From positions 105,338,001-105,402,000 of the forward strand of contig NC_043002.1 in the NCBI RefSeq assembly GCF_006345805.1: a stretch of 64,000 nucleotides of DNA, given 5' to 3'. The position numbers were made by a program, and so were the translations under genes. Numbering within the stretch: the first letter of the stretch is position 1; every line of letters starts with the position of its first letter. Shown piece after piece: positions 10,533 through 24,235 of this stretch. Below the pieces are notes generated by a model. That model ran no database searches, was not told the origin of the DNA, and worked only from the letters and a program-made list of their open reading frames with translations. Origin of the DNA: Octopus sinensis (Eukaryota).

Positions 10533-11237
10533 AAGCTGGGCTACACATATAAGCAGCAAAGTTGACATGGCCCGCAGAATGTGTTCCTGAATTCTCAGAA
10601 CCTTCCAGTCGAGAGATTCCCACGCTATTATCCTTCTCTTCTCCACATTTGCCCGACCCCACCTTGAATACTGCTGTCCACTGTGGTCTCCCTACACAAA
10701 ACAAAATATTATTAGAATTGAAGCTCCCCAAAGGTCAATCACAAAAAAGATAGATGGCATGTCAGACCTTGACTACTGGGGTAGACTAGAGAAGCTGAAA
10801 TTGTATTCACTCCAACGACGCCGTGAACGCTACATTATCTGTATGATGTGGAAAATATTCCATCAGCCACTGTCCGAATGATGTTGGCATCACCTTCAAA
10901 ATGCATCCAAGGCTTGGACCACGTGCCATCCGTCCACAACAAAAATCTAAATCGCATCACATAACGACAATACGGCAATATTTCACCTCAATTGGACCCG
11001 CTCTCTTCAACATTACACCAGGACACGTCAAAAAAGAAACTGACCACACAAAATTCAAGAAGTCTTTGGACAATTCCTTCAAACAGTACCGGACAAACCA
11101 CCCCACAACCCGGATATGTCTCCGCAAACAATAACTCTCTGCTCGAATGGGCCTTGGTGCCCAAATCCTGAACTGAAAGACTTCGCCAGGTGGTGCTATT
11201 AAGTTAGACATGGCCTGGGCCAATACTGGCCAAAACC
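10533..11237 (+). mobile_element. CR1/L2-group LINE 3' fragment (RT C-terminus plus 3' UTR), 5'-truncated
   Basis: Translation [65 protein letters not shown]; short repeat tail ttctaagtt(a)ttctaagtt. Confidence 0.85.
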
Positions 11238-11256
11238 TTTCTAAGTTATTCTAAGT

Positions 11257-11306
<50 letters not shown>

Positions 11307-11575
11307 ATGTATGTTTGTGTGCATATATATATATTTCATTTTTGAAACGTAATACTGAAATAGCTTACAAAATAAGAGATTGCTCCGGGCTCGAAGTTGA
11401 AATGTTTGGGGCCTATAACAATGCATGAGCCACAATAAGGCATGTGTAAATTGAATGAAATTGGTTGGGTAGTTCTTGAGCTTTAGGGATGCACACATAT
11501 AGACACGTCGACGGAGAGACACACATTCTCAATTTTATATATATAGAGATTATATCTGCATGTATCTATCTATCT

Positions 11576-11641
<66 letters not shown>

Positions 11642-11664
11642 TATATTATATTATATATTATATC

Positions 11665-12300
11665 ACATTATATTATAAAATAAGAGCAGGAAAATTACAT
11701 CAAAAAATTATCACAGGTGATATATGTCCAAAATAATATTTTATTAATAGACATATATATAAATATATAAATTACGATTATTTAACAAGTTTAAAAGTGT
11801 AAACTATCTTACAGTCGTTTCATGAATGTATTACACTTCGAAATGGAATCTAAAATTGATAATCATTATTAGATAATACATCCACAAATCAGAGAGAAAG
11901 GGAGTGAATTACCGTGTAGTTAATCGAATGCTATTTAAATTTATATAAAAAAAAAAGATGCTCTTTAAAAATGTTGTTTAAAATGTCACTGGTGTAGATA
12001 TGCGTTTGTACAATTTTATGCTAATGATTCTGAAGAAATGATATACATCTGATGTAATATTCTTTGCAGTAATCCATAATGGCTGTGTGTGAATATAAAT
12101 CCCATAATTCTGTTCTCTTCAATGTGTGATCCACAAATGTAGAAAAATGATCGTAAAATATTTTTAATTTTTAACCTTTATAAATAATCGTATTTCATAT
12201 ATTTATACTTCTATCTATTAATACAATATTATTCTGGACTTATATCTTATGTAATGATTTTTTGATGTAATTTTTTCGTTCTCTGAATTTATAATATATA
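11665..12300. repeat. Foldback element: ~140-bp diverged inverted arms, ~340-bp spacer
   Basis: aaaattacatcaaaaaatt...gtcc...aataatatt...ttacgattattt (left arm) recurs as a reverse complement in the right arm. Confidence 0.7.
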
Positions 12301-12579
12301 ATCGCTCATAATATATGTCTAAATACCTTTAAGGTTTTAGACATTTCCCTACCAAGAGCACTTATTAGAAATTCAGTATATTGAATATATTTGATTAACG
12401 ATATATGTGTGTGTGTATTTTTGTTTGTATATATATATATATATTATAATATATATATATATAATGTATGAATATATATAATATAATATAATAATGACAA
12501 CAATATAGGGTAAAACTAATTAATAATTTTACCAAGTAGTCAGTACGTTAAAAAGCCTTTTTAGGAGAATTATATAAAA

Positions 12580-12822
12580 TATTCTATAATTATATACATA
12601 ATTATAACCAGGGAGCAGCTAAGTGCATCGATACGTACAGAATTAGAAATAGATGCTAATGTCTTTTCAACTATCATAAAAATCTCCGAGACAGTAACAC
12701 ACATTTTTATGTAGGCAAAAAGAAGAATGATGAATCCACAAGTGCGTCTATTTCTAATTCAGTACGTGGCAAGGAACGTAGTTGACCCCTGATTATAATT
12801 ATATATATTATCATAGAATATT
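12580..12822. repeat. Foldback element: ~78-bp inverted arms
   Basis: tattctat...ataattataaccaggg...cgtacagaattagaaatagatgc versus gcgtctatttctaattcagtacg...ccctgattataattat...atagaata. Confidence 0.8.
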
Positions 12823-12838
12823 ATATATATATATCTAA

Positions 12839-13250
12839 AGGAGTGGCTGTGTGGTAAGTAGCTTGTTTACCAACCACATCATTCCGGGTTCAGTCCCACT
12901 GTGTGGCACCTTGGGCAAGTGTCTTCTACTATAGCCTCGGGCCGACCAAAGCCTTGTGAGTGGATTTGGTAGACGGAAACTGAAAGAAGCCCGTCGTATA
13001 TATGTATATATATATATGCGTGTGTGTGTTTGTGTGTCTGTGTTTGTCCCCCTAGCATTGCTTGACAACCGATGCTGGTGTGTTTATGTCCCCGTTACTT
13101 AGCGGTTCGGCAAAAGAGACCGATAGAATAAGTACTGGGCTTACAAAAGAATAAGTCCCGGAGTCGAGTTGCTCGATTAAAAAGGCGGTGCTCCAGCATG
13201 GCCGCAGTCAAATGACTGAAACAAGTAAAAGAGTAAAAGAGTAAAAAGAG
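12839..13250 (+). mobile_element. tRNA-derived SINE family B, full length
   Basis: A box tggctgtgtggt, B box ggttcagtccc, ccttgggcaag central motif, internal TA/TG tract, (gagtaaaa)n tail. Confidence 0.9.
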
Positions 13251-13331
13251 TATATATATATTGTTATTTCATAGAAATTTAAGCTGAAAATTTTTATCGG
13301 GATTGCCGTTTTGCGGATTCTTGATTTTTAG

Positions 13332-13422
13332 GCGAGATATTTCACACCGCCACATTCGAACTGCGGTACAATCTCTCCGTTACGGCTTTAATGAAAAAAT
13401 ACATCCTTTACAGCATGCATAA
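13332..13422 (+). CDS. Putative terminal coding exon; RDISHRHIRTAVQSLRYGFNEKIHPLQHA*
   Basis: Acceptor ttcttgatttttag, phase 2 matches exon 4; repeats the RTAVQ motif of the exon 2/3 junction with different synonymous codons. An alternative phase-1 frame is also open for about 60 codons. Confidence 0.55.
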
Positions 13423-14140
13423 ATCACTGTTCTCTCCTAAAAACGCGTGCGTGTATGTGATCTTGTTGAATATAATGAATAAAACAATTATTCTGAAGAA
13501 ACACTACACATAGGTTGAGAATGTGAATATTTCTGGTTACATTTTTGTATCACTATACCTAAATCATTTCACTCCTTTTGTTCCCACTTTCCAATACCTA
13601 CTTTGAAATATTAAATTTCACATCCAATAACTGTTAATCTTCATAATTCAATAGTAATAAGTCATGTTACTTTTACCTTAATTTACGAAACTTTAGGCTT
13701 GCATTTGAATGTTTTTTTGGCGAGACTCATTTCATTGTTTTGTTCGGTGCCTTTTGAAAAGAAAAAACCAGTCACACGATATATCAATGGTCTAATGAAG
13801 CACTTATACTTATTGAGGTTACAGTACTACAATTAATTTCATGTTTTTGTTGTGCATACAAGTAGAATATATTTTCTTAGTTTTGGTTAAACTTCACCTG
13901 ACCTTTACATTATCTTATTCCGATAGTAAGTTTGGTTAACATGAATTTTTTTCGTATCAAATTTGGAAATTTTCTGGTACTAATATCAATGTAGATTTAA
14001 CCAGCTAGTTTTCTTTCATTACATAATCTTATTTATACTCTGCTGGATGTTGTGTATATTGTAAATTTCTTATTCAAACTTTTATATGTTAAAACATGTT
14101 TATAATCATGTACAGCCCAATTAAAATAAATATTAATAAA
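13423..14140 (+). other. Candidate 3' UTR with polyadenylation signals
   Basis: About 720 bp of unique, repeat-free AT-rich sequence ending in ATTAAA/AATAAA/AATAAA at 14120-14140. Confidence 0.4.
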
Positions 14141-14218
14141 TAACAATATATATATATTATATATATAATATATATATATATACGTGTGTGTTTACGCGTA
14201 TGCATGTGTTAGTGTATA

Positions 14219-14317
<99 letters not shown>

Positions 14318-14435
14318 TATTTGTGGATGTTTATATATATATATATATATATATACGTATATATATAAATGTGTGTATACGTGCATGTGTGTGTTAGTAT
14401 GTATGTGCATATAAATATAAATATACATATATATT

Positions 14436-14490
<55 letters not shown>

Positions 14491-14535
14491 ATTTATATAT
14501 TTATAAATATTTACATACCTATATATATATAGATA

Positions 14536-14574
<39 letters not shown>

Positions 14575-15678
14575 GTGGAGGTGTGGCTATATGATATGAA
14601 GTTTGCTTCCCAACCACATAGTTCAGATTTCAATCCCACTGTGTGACACCTTGGGTAAGTGTCTTCTACTCTAGCCTCAGACCGACCAAAGCCTTGTAAG
14701 CGGATTTGGTAGACGGAAATTGAAGGGAGCCCGTCGAATATCTGTACTTATGTATGTATATCTACGTATGTGTGTCTTTGTGTTTGTGTTAGTCCCACCA
14801 CCAGCGCTTGACAACCGGTGGCGGTGTGTTTACGTTTCCAAACTTAGCGGTTCAGCGAAAGAGACTTAGTTTCTTTTGCACCATGTGGCGATTCCAACTT
14901 CACCCCATGAAATGCCAATTGCTTTGAGGTCATCGATGAAGGTGCGACGCCAAGTCGCTTTTGGTTGCCTCCACAGAATAGCGTTTTTCGATGGTAATCG
15001 GAGGACATGGATTGCGATTCGCAAGCGGCACTCAGTGACAACGTCATGGAGTCCACGGGTATAAGTTCGGCGATTTATCTCATCGTTGGTGCTGTGGTCC
15101 CTGTATGACATTCGCAGTATCCGCCGGAGGCATCGTAGCTAAAATACATTGAACCTTCTCATGATCTTTCTCGATGTCTTCCCCGTTTCCGGCGCATATA
15201 TTGTCGATGATATGACGATGCTGCCGAAGAGGCGCATCTTGATCATGGTGGACATCACCCTGCCTGCCCAGATGGGTTTGAGTATTTGTAAGACAGCCGA
15301 GGCCTTGCCAATCCCGTAGGCAACGTTGCATTTGGCGTCTCCATCGTTGGACACGACGCTGCCCAACTAAGTGAACTCATCAACTTCCTCCATTTGGTGT
15401 TGTCCAGTCATCAATGACACGTCATTGTTGCTCCAACCGACATATCCAATCCTCACGATCTTCGTCTTGTTTGCACATGCCGAGTTCGATCTTGGCCCGC
15501 TTCCGTTCCAATCTTTCTGCCATTGTGCGAATGACATTCTTCGTCGCTCCGAGGAGCACAATCCAGGATAGGTATCAGGCTTAAATCGAATACTAGTTTT
15601 GATTCATTCAAGTGAAAATTCAAGGCGGGGCCCAGTATGGCCGCAGTCTAATGACTAAAGCAAATAAAAAATAAAAGA
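14575..15678 (+). mobile_element. SINE family B copy split by an RTE insertion (SINE halves 14575-14863 and 15571-15678)
   Basis: The SINE consensus breaks at ...gcgaaagagac and resumes at caggataggtatcaggctta...ggccgcagtctaatgact. Confidence 0.75.
14864..15570 (-). mobile_element. RTE-clade LINE fragment (RT C-terminal region)
   Basis: NKTKIVRI...QMEEVDEFT*LGSVVSNDGDAKCNVAYGIGKASAVLQILKPIW...IYAPETGK...CLRRILRMSYRDHSTNDEINRR...PKATWRRTF. Confidence 0.85.
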
Positions 15679-15866
15679 TATACATCTGGTGGTAGGGGGC
15701 TTGTGTAAGTGCGCGTGTAGTCACCTTGGTGTTCTTGTAAGCAAATGCATGGATGAAATGATATATTTTCGTAACGCTGTGGTAGCTGGAAAGTATGGAC
15801 TGCGTAGCATCTCAATCTCTCTTTCTCTTTCCTTTCTATCGCACGTTCGACCTACGATACCACGGG

Positions 15867-15947
<81 letters not shown>

Positions 15948-15948
<1 letters not shown>

Positions 15949-16691
15949 GAGTATCTCTACAGAGTATCTCAACAGACACGATAGAGCTGCACAATATATT
16001 CACTGGGTAATCTGCAAAAACTTGGACTTGCCCCATGGAAAAAACTGGTGGGAACACAAACCACCCCCAGTGCTTGAAAATGACCACATCTCACTCCTCT
16101 GGAACTTCACCATTCAAACTGACAGAAAGATAGATGCAAATAGGCCAGATATCATATTGAAAGACTTCAAACAAAGAACATGCCTTCTCATTGATATGAC
16201 TGTCCCAATCAATATAAACGTATCTGTCAAGACCTACCAAAAACTGAGCAAGTATAAAGATCTTGAAATAGAAATCAGCAAAATGTGGAAGCTGAAGACT
16301 AAAACAATACCTGTTGTCATAGGTGCCCTGGGAATGATAGCAAAAGGGGCTGATAGCTACCTAACTCAGATACCAGGAAACCCAAAAATGGCAGAAATTC
16401 AAAAGATAGTGCTCATTGGAACTGCTCATATCCTACGCAAAATACTTTCTATGTAATCTCAAGGTTTAAAACAAACATAATTTTCGGTTTAAAGAAAAAA
16501 AGAAAAAGAAATTTAAAAAAAATTTTTTTTTTAGACATTCATTAGTACAACACCAAAAACTCCCCCCCCCCAAATATATGGCACACTAGGCATAACAACA
16601 ACATGAACTTCCAACCTGTTGTCTCTTGAGGTCTCTGGGTGAGACTTGGAGCCAACTTGTACATATATAAAGCAAAAGTCAAACATAGAAC
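15948..16691 (+). mobile_element. 5'-truncated R4/Dong-like LINE inserted in an (AAT)n tract
   Basis: Open frame EYLNRHDRAAQYIHWVICK...LLWNFTIQTDRKIDANRPDII...LIDMTVP...KLSKYKDLEIEI...GTAHILRKILSM*; (AAT)n on both sides (15868-15947 and 16692-16755). Confidence 0.92.
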
Positions 16692-16756
<65 letters not shown>

Positions 16757-17089
16757 TAATGTCCTTGCAAATCGTTCTACTCTAGATACTGATAACAACC
16801 CTCGACAATACGCATCTCTGCTTTACTCTACAGCACTGAAGGCTCTCTGCGCACTTCCATTTATTTTGTGGCACAATCCATTAGAAACCAACCAATAGGG
16901 GTGTTCTCCGTTCTTTTTGTCTATTTATTCTTCTGGTTTAAGACGGTAACATTTGCACTGATCACATATGATTACGTAACTAAGTAGGAATATTAACTGT
17001 TCCATGCTGGAGACCTACAAAATAGAGATTATGATTTTTCCTTCTTATGGAACCAGCGCGGACATATATAATATTACAAATGTAAACAT

Positions 17090-17475
17090 TTGGCTGCGTG
17101 GTAAGTAGCTTGCTTACCAACCACATGGTTCCGGGTTCATTCCAATTGCGTGGAACCTTAGGCAAGTGTCTTCTACTATAGCCTCGGGCCGATCAAAGCC
17201 TTGTAAGTGGATTTGGTAGATGGAAACTGAAAGAATACAGTCGTATATATGTATATATGTATGTGTGTGTATATGTTTGTGCGTCTGTGTTTGTCCCCCC
17301 AACATCGCTTGATAACCGATGTTGGTGTGTTTACATCCACATAAGCAATAGAGATCGATAGAATAAATACTAGGCTTACAAAGGATAAGTCCTAAGGTCG
17401 ATTTTCTGGACTAAACGTGGTGCTGGAGCATGGTCGCAGTCAAATGACTGAAACAAGTAAAAGAGTAAAAGAGAA
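17090..17475 (+). mobile_element. SINE family B
   Basis: Same head, core and tail as 12839-13250. Confidence 0.9.
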
Positions 17476-18453
17476 AATAAAACATCTTCAGAGGTTTTCG
17501 ATGATAACACAAAAAATAAAAGTAAAATTTAAGACTAAAAGGCGCTATTCTTCATATGTTTCCTTCCATCACCTAACATGATTGTCCCAGTAAATTACTT
17601 TGCTCAAAGAGAGAAACAAAATATCTGTCAAGTTCGCCATTTGTATAACGACGGTCATGGCGTGAAATATTGAGAAATGTTGTTGCAGAAGGAACACGAG
17701 GTGGCGTCATATAAATAACTAATATGCCTATTTAGAACATAAAGGAAAAGTATGACGAATGTTTTAGAAAACAACAAAAAAATATTTTCATATTTTGATA
17801 TAGAAATTACATTGAAATAAAACGTTGTTAAGTATTTATCCACGAACGATACTAGGTGGCCATCCCGACGATCAATCACGCCAAAAACCGAACAAAGCAA
17901 AAGCAAAGAGGTTTGTTTTTCATTTCTAGTTTCATTTTTCTGAAATTTGTCGGTGAGTGCCTCATTATTTCATTCAATTAATTTTTGTTGAAAACAAATA
18001 AAAAGTGGCTTTTTAGTAATATTAATTTCTGAAATATATTTCCAATGGCAACTAAATCATGTGTTTCTCTTGTTTATAAAACGGAGGCTACAATTTAAAC
18101 AGTATAATATTAGATCAACTAGACATACGATCAGAATGCAAAGAGCCGGAAAATGTTTCATTAAGAATTTTTACAATCATGAATTAATGAAAGAGAAATT
18201 CTAGACAGTTAAGTCGATATTATTATTTTACTTGGTGTTGTGATATAGCTTAGATATATACTGAAGACGCACAAAATACAGAAACAGGTTTCACGAGATA
18301 GAAGCGAACATTATTTAAAATAAATGTATAACCAATATGTTATTTCCACACACTTTCAATGATAAGTTTAAGAAAAAGTAGACACGAACGAAATAGGTTG
18401 CCATGATTTCCTCCCTTACATGATTCCCTCCCTTGTGTAGGAAAATAAAAGTA

Positions 18454-18662
18454 CATCAATCCTCGACTATCGGGGCTGTTACGTTCTAAGACCCGCCGCA
18501 ATAAGTGAAAGTCCGCGAAATAGAAACAACACTGTACTGTAAATTTTTTTTAATTATTTTTATAATTTGTATATATTTATCTTATTATGAATGCAAAATA
18601 ACACCACGGAGCTTAAGTAATAAACCGCGATTGGTGAACCGCGATATGACGAGGGATTATTG
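18454..18662 (-). mobile_element. Tigger/pogo-like MITE (sister copy at 53886-54105)
   Basis: Imperfect TIRs ca(g)taatccctcg...cgagggatta(c)tg; internal sequence shared, in inverted orientation, with 53886-54105. Confidence 0.7.
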
Positions 18663-19909
18663 TTTATCACAAAAAATTATGGCTCATGACATGGTTTACA
18701 GAAGATTGTCTAGAAAATATTTACCTTCGTAGGAACACCAACTGCGTCCGGGTATATCTAAAATGGTGTGGAAGAGGCGGCTTTAGCTCTAGATTTCAAT
18801 ATTTCCTTTTTTTTTTATTAATTTCTACTTCTTTCTATCTCCTTAGCTTTCTGATTTAAAGCAAAGACATTTACACAGACAATAGAACTAATCGGCTTAC
18901 GTAGGTTTTGTATTTTACTTCCAAATTGATTGTTTCTGTTTGCTATTGGGATATATTTTTGGCGAGTTACTTGTTTTACGAAAGGCAAAAATCACGAAAA
19001 CCTTAATTCAACAGACGTGACTTCACACAGATTACGTATCAGATTCACATATTGTATAGGAAGGTTTATATGTAAGCGGAGGTTAATGCAACATAGCTAC
19101 GAAACCTATCTAAAGATATTGATAGCCAGAATACAACTTGTTTCTTTTTCTTGTTTGATCCTAAATAAATCCTTTCTCTTAAACCTCTGATCAAACGTCT
19201 TCTAGCCATCACGATTCTGTCATTTGTTTAAATAGTTCTATAAATATAATCTGGTCGTTTCATTTTTTAAGATGCCAGGGAAATTTTCACATATACTTCT
19301 AGCAGGTCTAGTGTCCTCCAGTGGCTTCTTCGTTGACTAGAAATCGATTAACCCAAGACGATATTTGTTTAGTCAGGATCCAAAAGACCTTTGATCAAAT
19401 GGATTACCAAACATCAAAACTAGAGTGTGCTAGCCTATATTATGCACTGTACCGTGTCTCGCTTTAAAAATGATCTAATGTAATAATTTAGCTGTTCTTT
19501 CTAGCAACTCCACTCTTTCTAGCCTATAATAACAGAGGCGTTTGAAAAATATGTCAGAAAGTGTTTCATTTTGCTTCCATTTCTCTCCATCTCGTTCAAT
19601 ATTGGGTCAAATACTTATTCTGATTATGTAAAGATATGCAAGGGTTGCGTGGGGCGTAGATCGAATGTATCTCCACTTGTTGATCTATTGTCAAATGATC
19701 AGATAGCAATTCTACGGAACTAAGCTCTTTCACTTCTTCTACAATTTCGTTTTTCTGTTTTCTTTTTCCTTTCACTGGACTGCACTGACATCAAACGGTC
19801 CATTATAAGAGAGACAAAGGCAACTCGTAACAAAATATCATACCGTATCACGAGATCAGTTTTGATTGATTCTTCAATTTTGCAACGATAAGGATGACGA
19901 CGATGATGC

Positions 19910-19976
19910 TGATGATAATAATATAATAATAATAATAAGAACAACAACAACAACAACAACAGCAATAATAATAATG

Positions 19977-20010
<34 letters not shown>

Positions 20011-20162
20011 CAATAATAATAATAATGATAATGATAATAATAATAATGATAATAATATTAATGATAATAATAATAATGATAATGATAATAATAATAATGA
20101 TAATAATAATAATAACAACAACAATAATAACAACAACAATAATAATAACAGTAATAATAATA

Positions 20163-20259
<97 letters not shown>

Positions 20260-20296
20260 CAACAATAATAATAACAGCAATAACAACAACAACAAC

Positions 20297-20333
<37 letters not shown>

Positions 20334-20375
20334 TTAATAATAACAACAACAACAACAACAATAATAATAACAATA
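19910..20375. repeat. Compound (AAT)/(AAC)/(GAT) microsatellite
   Basis: Triplet array. Confidence 0.95.
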
Positions 20376-21419
20376 GCATTGATATCGGGTAAAGCAATGC
20401 AGATATTTCAGGCTTTTAGTAATACCATCTAGAGAATACAAGAAGACTAGAAGAGAAATGTTAGATAATCCATCAGTTTCTGGCTGGGGAATGAATCAGT
20501 GATTGATGCCAAAAATATATTTCCTTCTGAGCTTTCTTTCTTATTCCTATTGCAGTCTTAAGATAGGGAGGAATACATACATTAAACGTATAAGAAAAGG
20601 AAACATATATAAATGAGAGAAAAAGGAAAAAAAAAAGATATTTCGGATTGGAGGGTAAAAGGAAAAAAAAAAAAGAAATTGTGCTGAGATATCAAAAGAA
20701 ATATTTTCTACCAAGTCAATCATTTTGATTAAAATTTTCTGTGTCAATTATTCTAGATTACAACCAGTTAAGTGTGGAATGAGTGGGTGTGAGTCGATAG
20801 AGGAGAGCCCCTAATTACAAATATCTTCATTTTTACCAGATCAAATGAATAGAACAAATACACTGAAGAAAATAACAAATAGAAAGAAGTGAAAAACGAA
20901 AAAAAAAATCGGAAGTTAAGAAAGGAAAAGTAAAATAGTATTTCTTGGAATATATTCGTTGTGAACGATCGGAATAGATATATTTTTGTGGAGTAAATTA
21001 ACCTGACTTGATATTCCCACCTAATCTCCTCAGATTTCCTCCCTCCAGGAGAACGTACTTCATTAACTGGATAGAATTTCTTTCAACATTATATTATTCA
21101 AGGGTAATATCGACGTAGAGGGTAATAAAGTGGATGTAATGGGTGGGGGACAGAGAAGGTAATTGTTGCGGGCACAATGCCTTTGTAGGTATTTTGTCCC
21201 ATCCTTTTTTTAAAATTCTGGGTTCAAATCTTCCCGGGGGTGAGTTTCTATTTCGACCTTCTTGGAACTGAAGACATAAATATCAATGAAGCTCTGGTCC
21301 TGACATTCGTGATACTAGCCGTTCTCTTCTAAATTATGCTACGTTGTTCCCGTGTTAGATACCATTTTTATCTTAGTGGGAGTGATAGTATTGTTCAACC
21401 CCAGGATTATCCATATCAA

Positions 21420-21990
21420 GCAAATCTATAATAAAAGACAGGTCAGAGCATCCGTTCTTATTTCGAAACAGTGCATCTTCAATATTACAGGGGATGCATT
21501 CAGTTGGAAGGTTAGCTTGTAACCTCGTAGGCACGGGTTGTTAGGAAGCTTGTCTTTGGGTGTATTGTAGTGTGCAATTTTAGAAGCGATGTTATCTGAA
21601 CAGGAGTAGCCCACCTTCATATTATGTGAGTTGAAAAGCTTATAGTATTTATGGATCCCGGAGAAATGCATTTTACTTAACGGCAGGAAGCACTTGGCTA
21701 CGTTGATTGGAACTTCTAGCTCTTTATCTTTGTAGCCCTTTTCTACTAACGTCTGAAACTAGATTTTTAGAAACAGCGGTGATTCAAATTTCTGTGGATG
21801 TGTAGTTTCCTGTTCAGTTTCTTGTAAGGATAGTACCTGTCCGTTTTCATGTCTTGTGGCGCATCTCGGAAGTCGAATGTGGCTAACTTGATAGTAACAG
21901 TAATGGAGAGACTGAATTCTTTTAATATATTTATCATATCCTTCCAAAATTTATTCATGGTGTAGTCATTCAGACTGGCAGGCCATTGTA
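21420..21990 (-). mobile_element. Penelope-like element fragment (RT thumb/linker), decayed
   Basis: DRYYPYKKLNRKLHIHRNLNH and INVAKCFL..KMHFSGIHKYYKLFNSHNMKVGYSCSDNIASKIAHYN resemble the PLE motifs YxPYRKPN..YIHxxSNHP and KxFNRNNxKVSYSC. Confidence 0.7.
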
Positions 21991-22412
21991 CCAGTAAAAC
22001 ACTGACCTGTGTGGGTGGGTGTGCGCGTGTGGGATGTGTGCGTGTGTAGGTGTGTGTTTGCGTTCGTGCGGTTATGCATGTGTGCGTGCATATGTGTGTG
22101 CGTTTGCGTTCGTGCGATTATGCGCGGGTGTGTGTATGAATAATATAATATTTATGTATTTAAACACGCATATATAAATATATATGTGCATATATACGTA
22201 CATATATGTATATGAATATATATATATATATATTATATATATATATATATACATAATACATATATGCTGTATGTATGTATGTATGTATATATATATAATA
22301 TATACATACATACATACATATATGCATGCATGTATGTATGTATGTATGTATATATATATATATATATATATACATACATACATACATATATGCATGCATG
22401 TATGTATGTATG

Positions 22413-22484
<72 letters not shown>

Positions 22485-22495
22485 GAATTAAGGCA

Positions 22496-23230
22496 TCTCT
22501 GAAATATGAATACAAATGGAATAAAATAAATTTCGCATGAATAGGACTAGGGATTCCTGAGATATGAATACCTCAAACGGTACGCAATGATAAAATATTC
22601 CGAAAATAACATAACCCTAAAAGGAAAGTAACTCTAGAGACTATGATAATGGTCTTCTGTATTTTGAAGACAATCTTTACGACTTGGGCAAGTCTTGCTT
22701 TCCCCAGAAAAGAAAGATTTGGCTGCTATTTCTTGCACGCCCTGCTACCACGCAACAGTTATTTGCGAAAAAGGACCTGAAGAAGCTGTTACGTGACAGG
22801 CATACGAATAGAAGGATCAATGAGACTAACAAAGCAAGTGTCTGGCGGAACAGAGGTAAAGAGACAGAAGCAGAAATGGTCAGGAATAGGACGCCCGAAG
22901 AACGGAGCGTCTGGCGAAACAGAGGGAAAGACACAAAAGCATGGGACATGATGAGTCAGATGCTCATGTGAATACAAACGGAACAAAACAAGTTTCATGC
23001 AAATCGGACGGCAACGGGTTAACGGGATACCTGGTTCTTTCGGGTGCCTTTATAAATAGCTAAACCGGCGTAAAATGGGGGAAATGCTTTGAAAGTAAGG
23101 TGTCATTGAAATGTGAAATACAAACAGTGAAACCCTAGTTTCGCATAAATCGGCCCACGGATTCTCGAGATACGCGTTTTTTTTCGGGTACCTTGAACTA
23201 CTGGTGACCTTAGGGGTCACGGGTAGTCTA

Positions 23231-23231
<1 letters not shown>
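22496..23231 (+). mobile_element. Probable non-autonomous Helitron
   Basis: 3' hairpin GTGACC-ttagg-GGTCAC (23204-23220) followed by CTAG (23228-23231) then T; internal 69-bp (23-codon) repeat LAEQR/LAKQR; the 5' TC start is uncertain. Confidence 0.55.
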
Positions 23232-23268
<37 letters not shown>

Positions 23269-23277
23269 ATATATATA

Positions 23278-23358
<81 letters not shown>

Positions 23359-23655
23359 TGAGTGTGAGTGTGAGGAAAAATGAGTTCAAAAAGAGCAATT
23401 CAAACATTTTAGAGTGATCCAGAAAGAGAGAAAACTGATTTCTAATAAAGATTCATCATATTCATAAAACTCTTCCAGAGCAAGCAATAAAAATATGAAA
23501 ATAATAGTCGAGGAGTTCCGTGATAAAGATATAGCATAAACAAGTATTTAAAAAAATGGAGAGAAAATGTAGAATCAGAAATAGATTTATTACAAAACTG
23601 GATTCAGGGCATGCGTACGTTTCGAAAAACAATGCAAATGCGAAAAAAACTCCTC

Positions 23656-23700
<45 letters not shown>

Positions 23701-24021
23701 CGTGTATGTGTGCTTATGTATGTGTGTGAGTGAGTGATGATGTTAATATATAAATGATTATATATATAATGCTAAATTTTATGTTAGAATTTATGGGAAT
23801 AACTGCCTTTGATGACTCGGTCCTTTCTCTGTGTTAACCTGTCTTGTTTACCATTTCTTTCTCACTTTTTTCCCCGTTGTTTACGTATTTCATGTTATTT
23901 GCACCGTTGGTGACGTCCTGTACCCATATAAGCATGCACACACACATATATGTGTGTGTGTATGTATATATATTATATTTTATTATATATATATATTTTA
24001 TTATATATATATATTATATTT

Positions 24022-24095
<74 letters not shown>

Positions 24096-24235
24096 ATACA
24101 TATATATAAGGTTATATTAAGATATATATATGATTATATAATTTTGTATTTCGTGATGGCCATTTTTTCCAAAATAAACAGACGAGCTATTGTAGGAGGG
24201 GTGTAATTTCTTTTTCAAAACTATCGTGTATAATA

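Noticed and set aside
12839-12910. tRNA genes at SINE heads
   Set aside because: A and B boxes are present but there is no complete cloverleaf, and each runs into a SINE body.
18260-18312. CTGAAGA...GCGAAC as a hammerhead
   Set aside because: GAAA core is incomplete and stems are too short.
19720-20432. 225-aa poly-Leu and 188-aa poly-Ile ORFs
   Set aside because: AAT/AAC microsatellite read-through.
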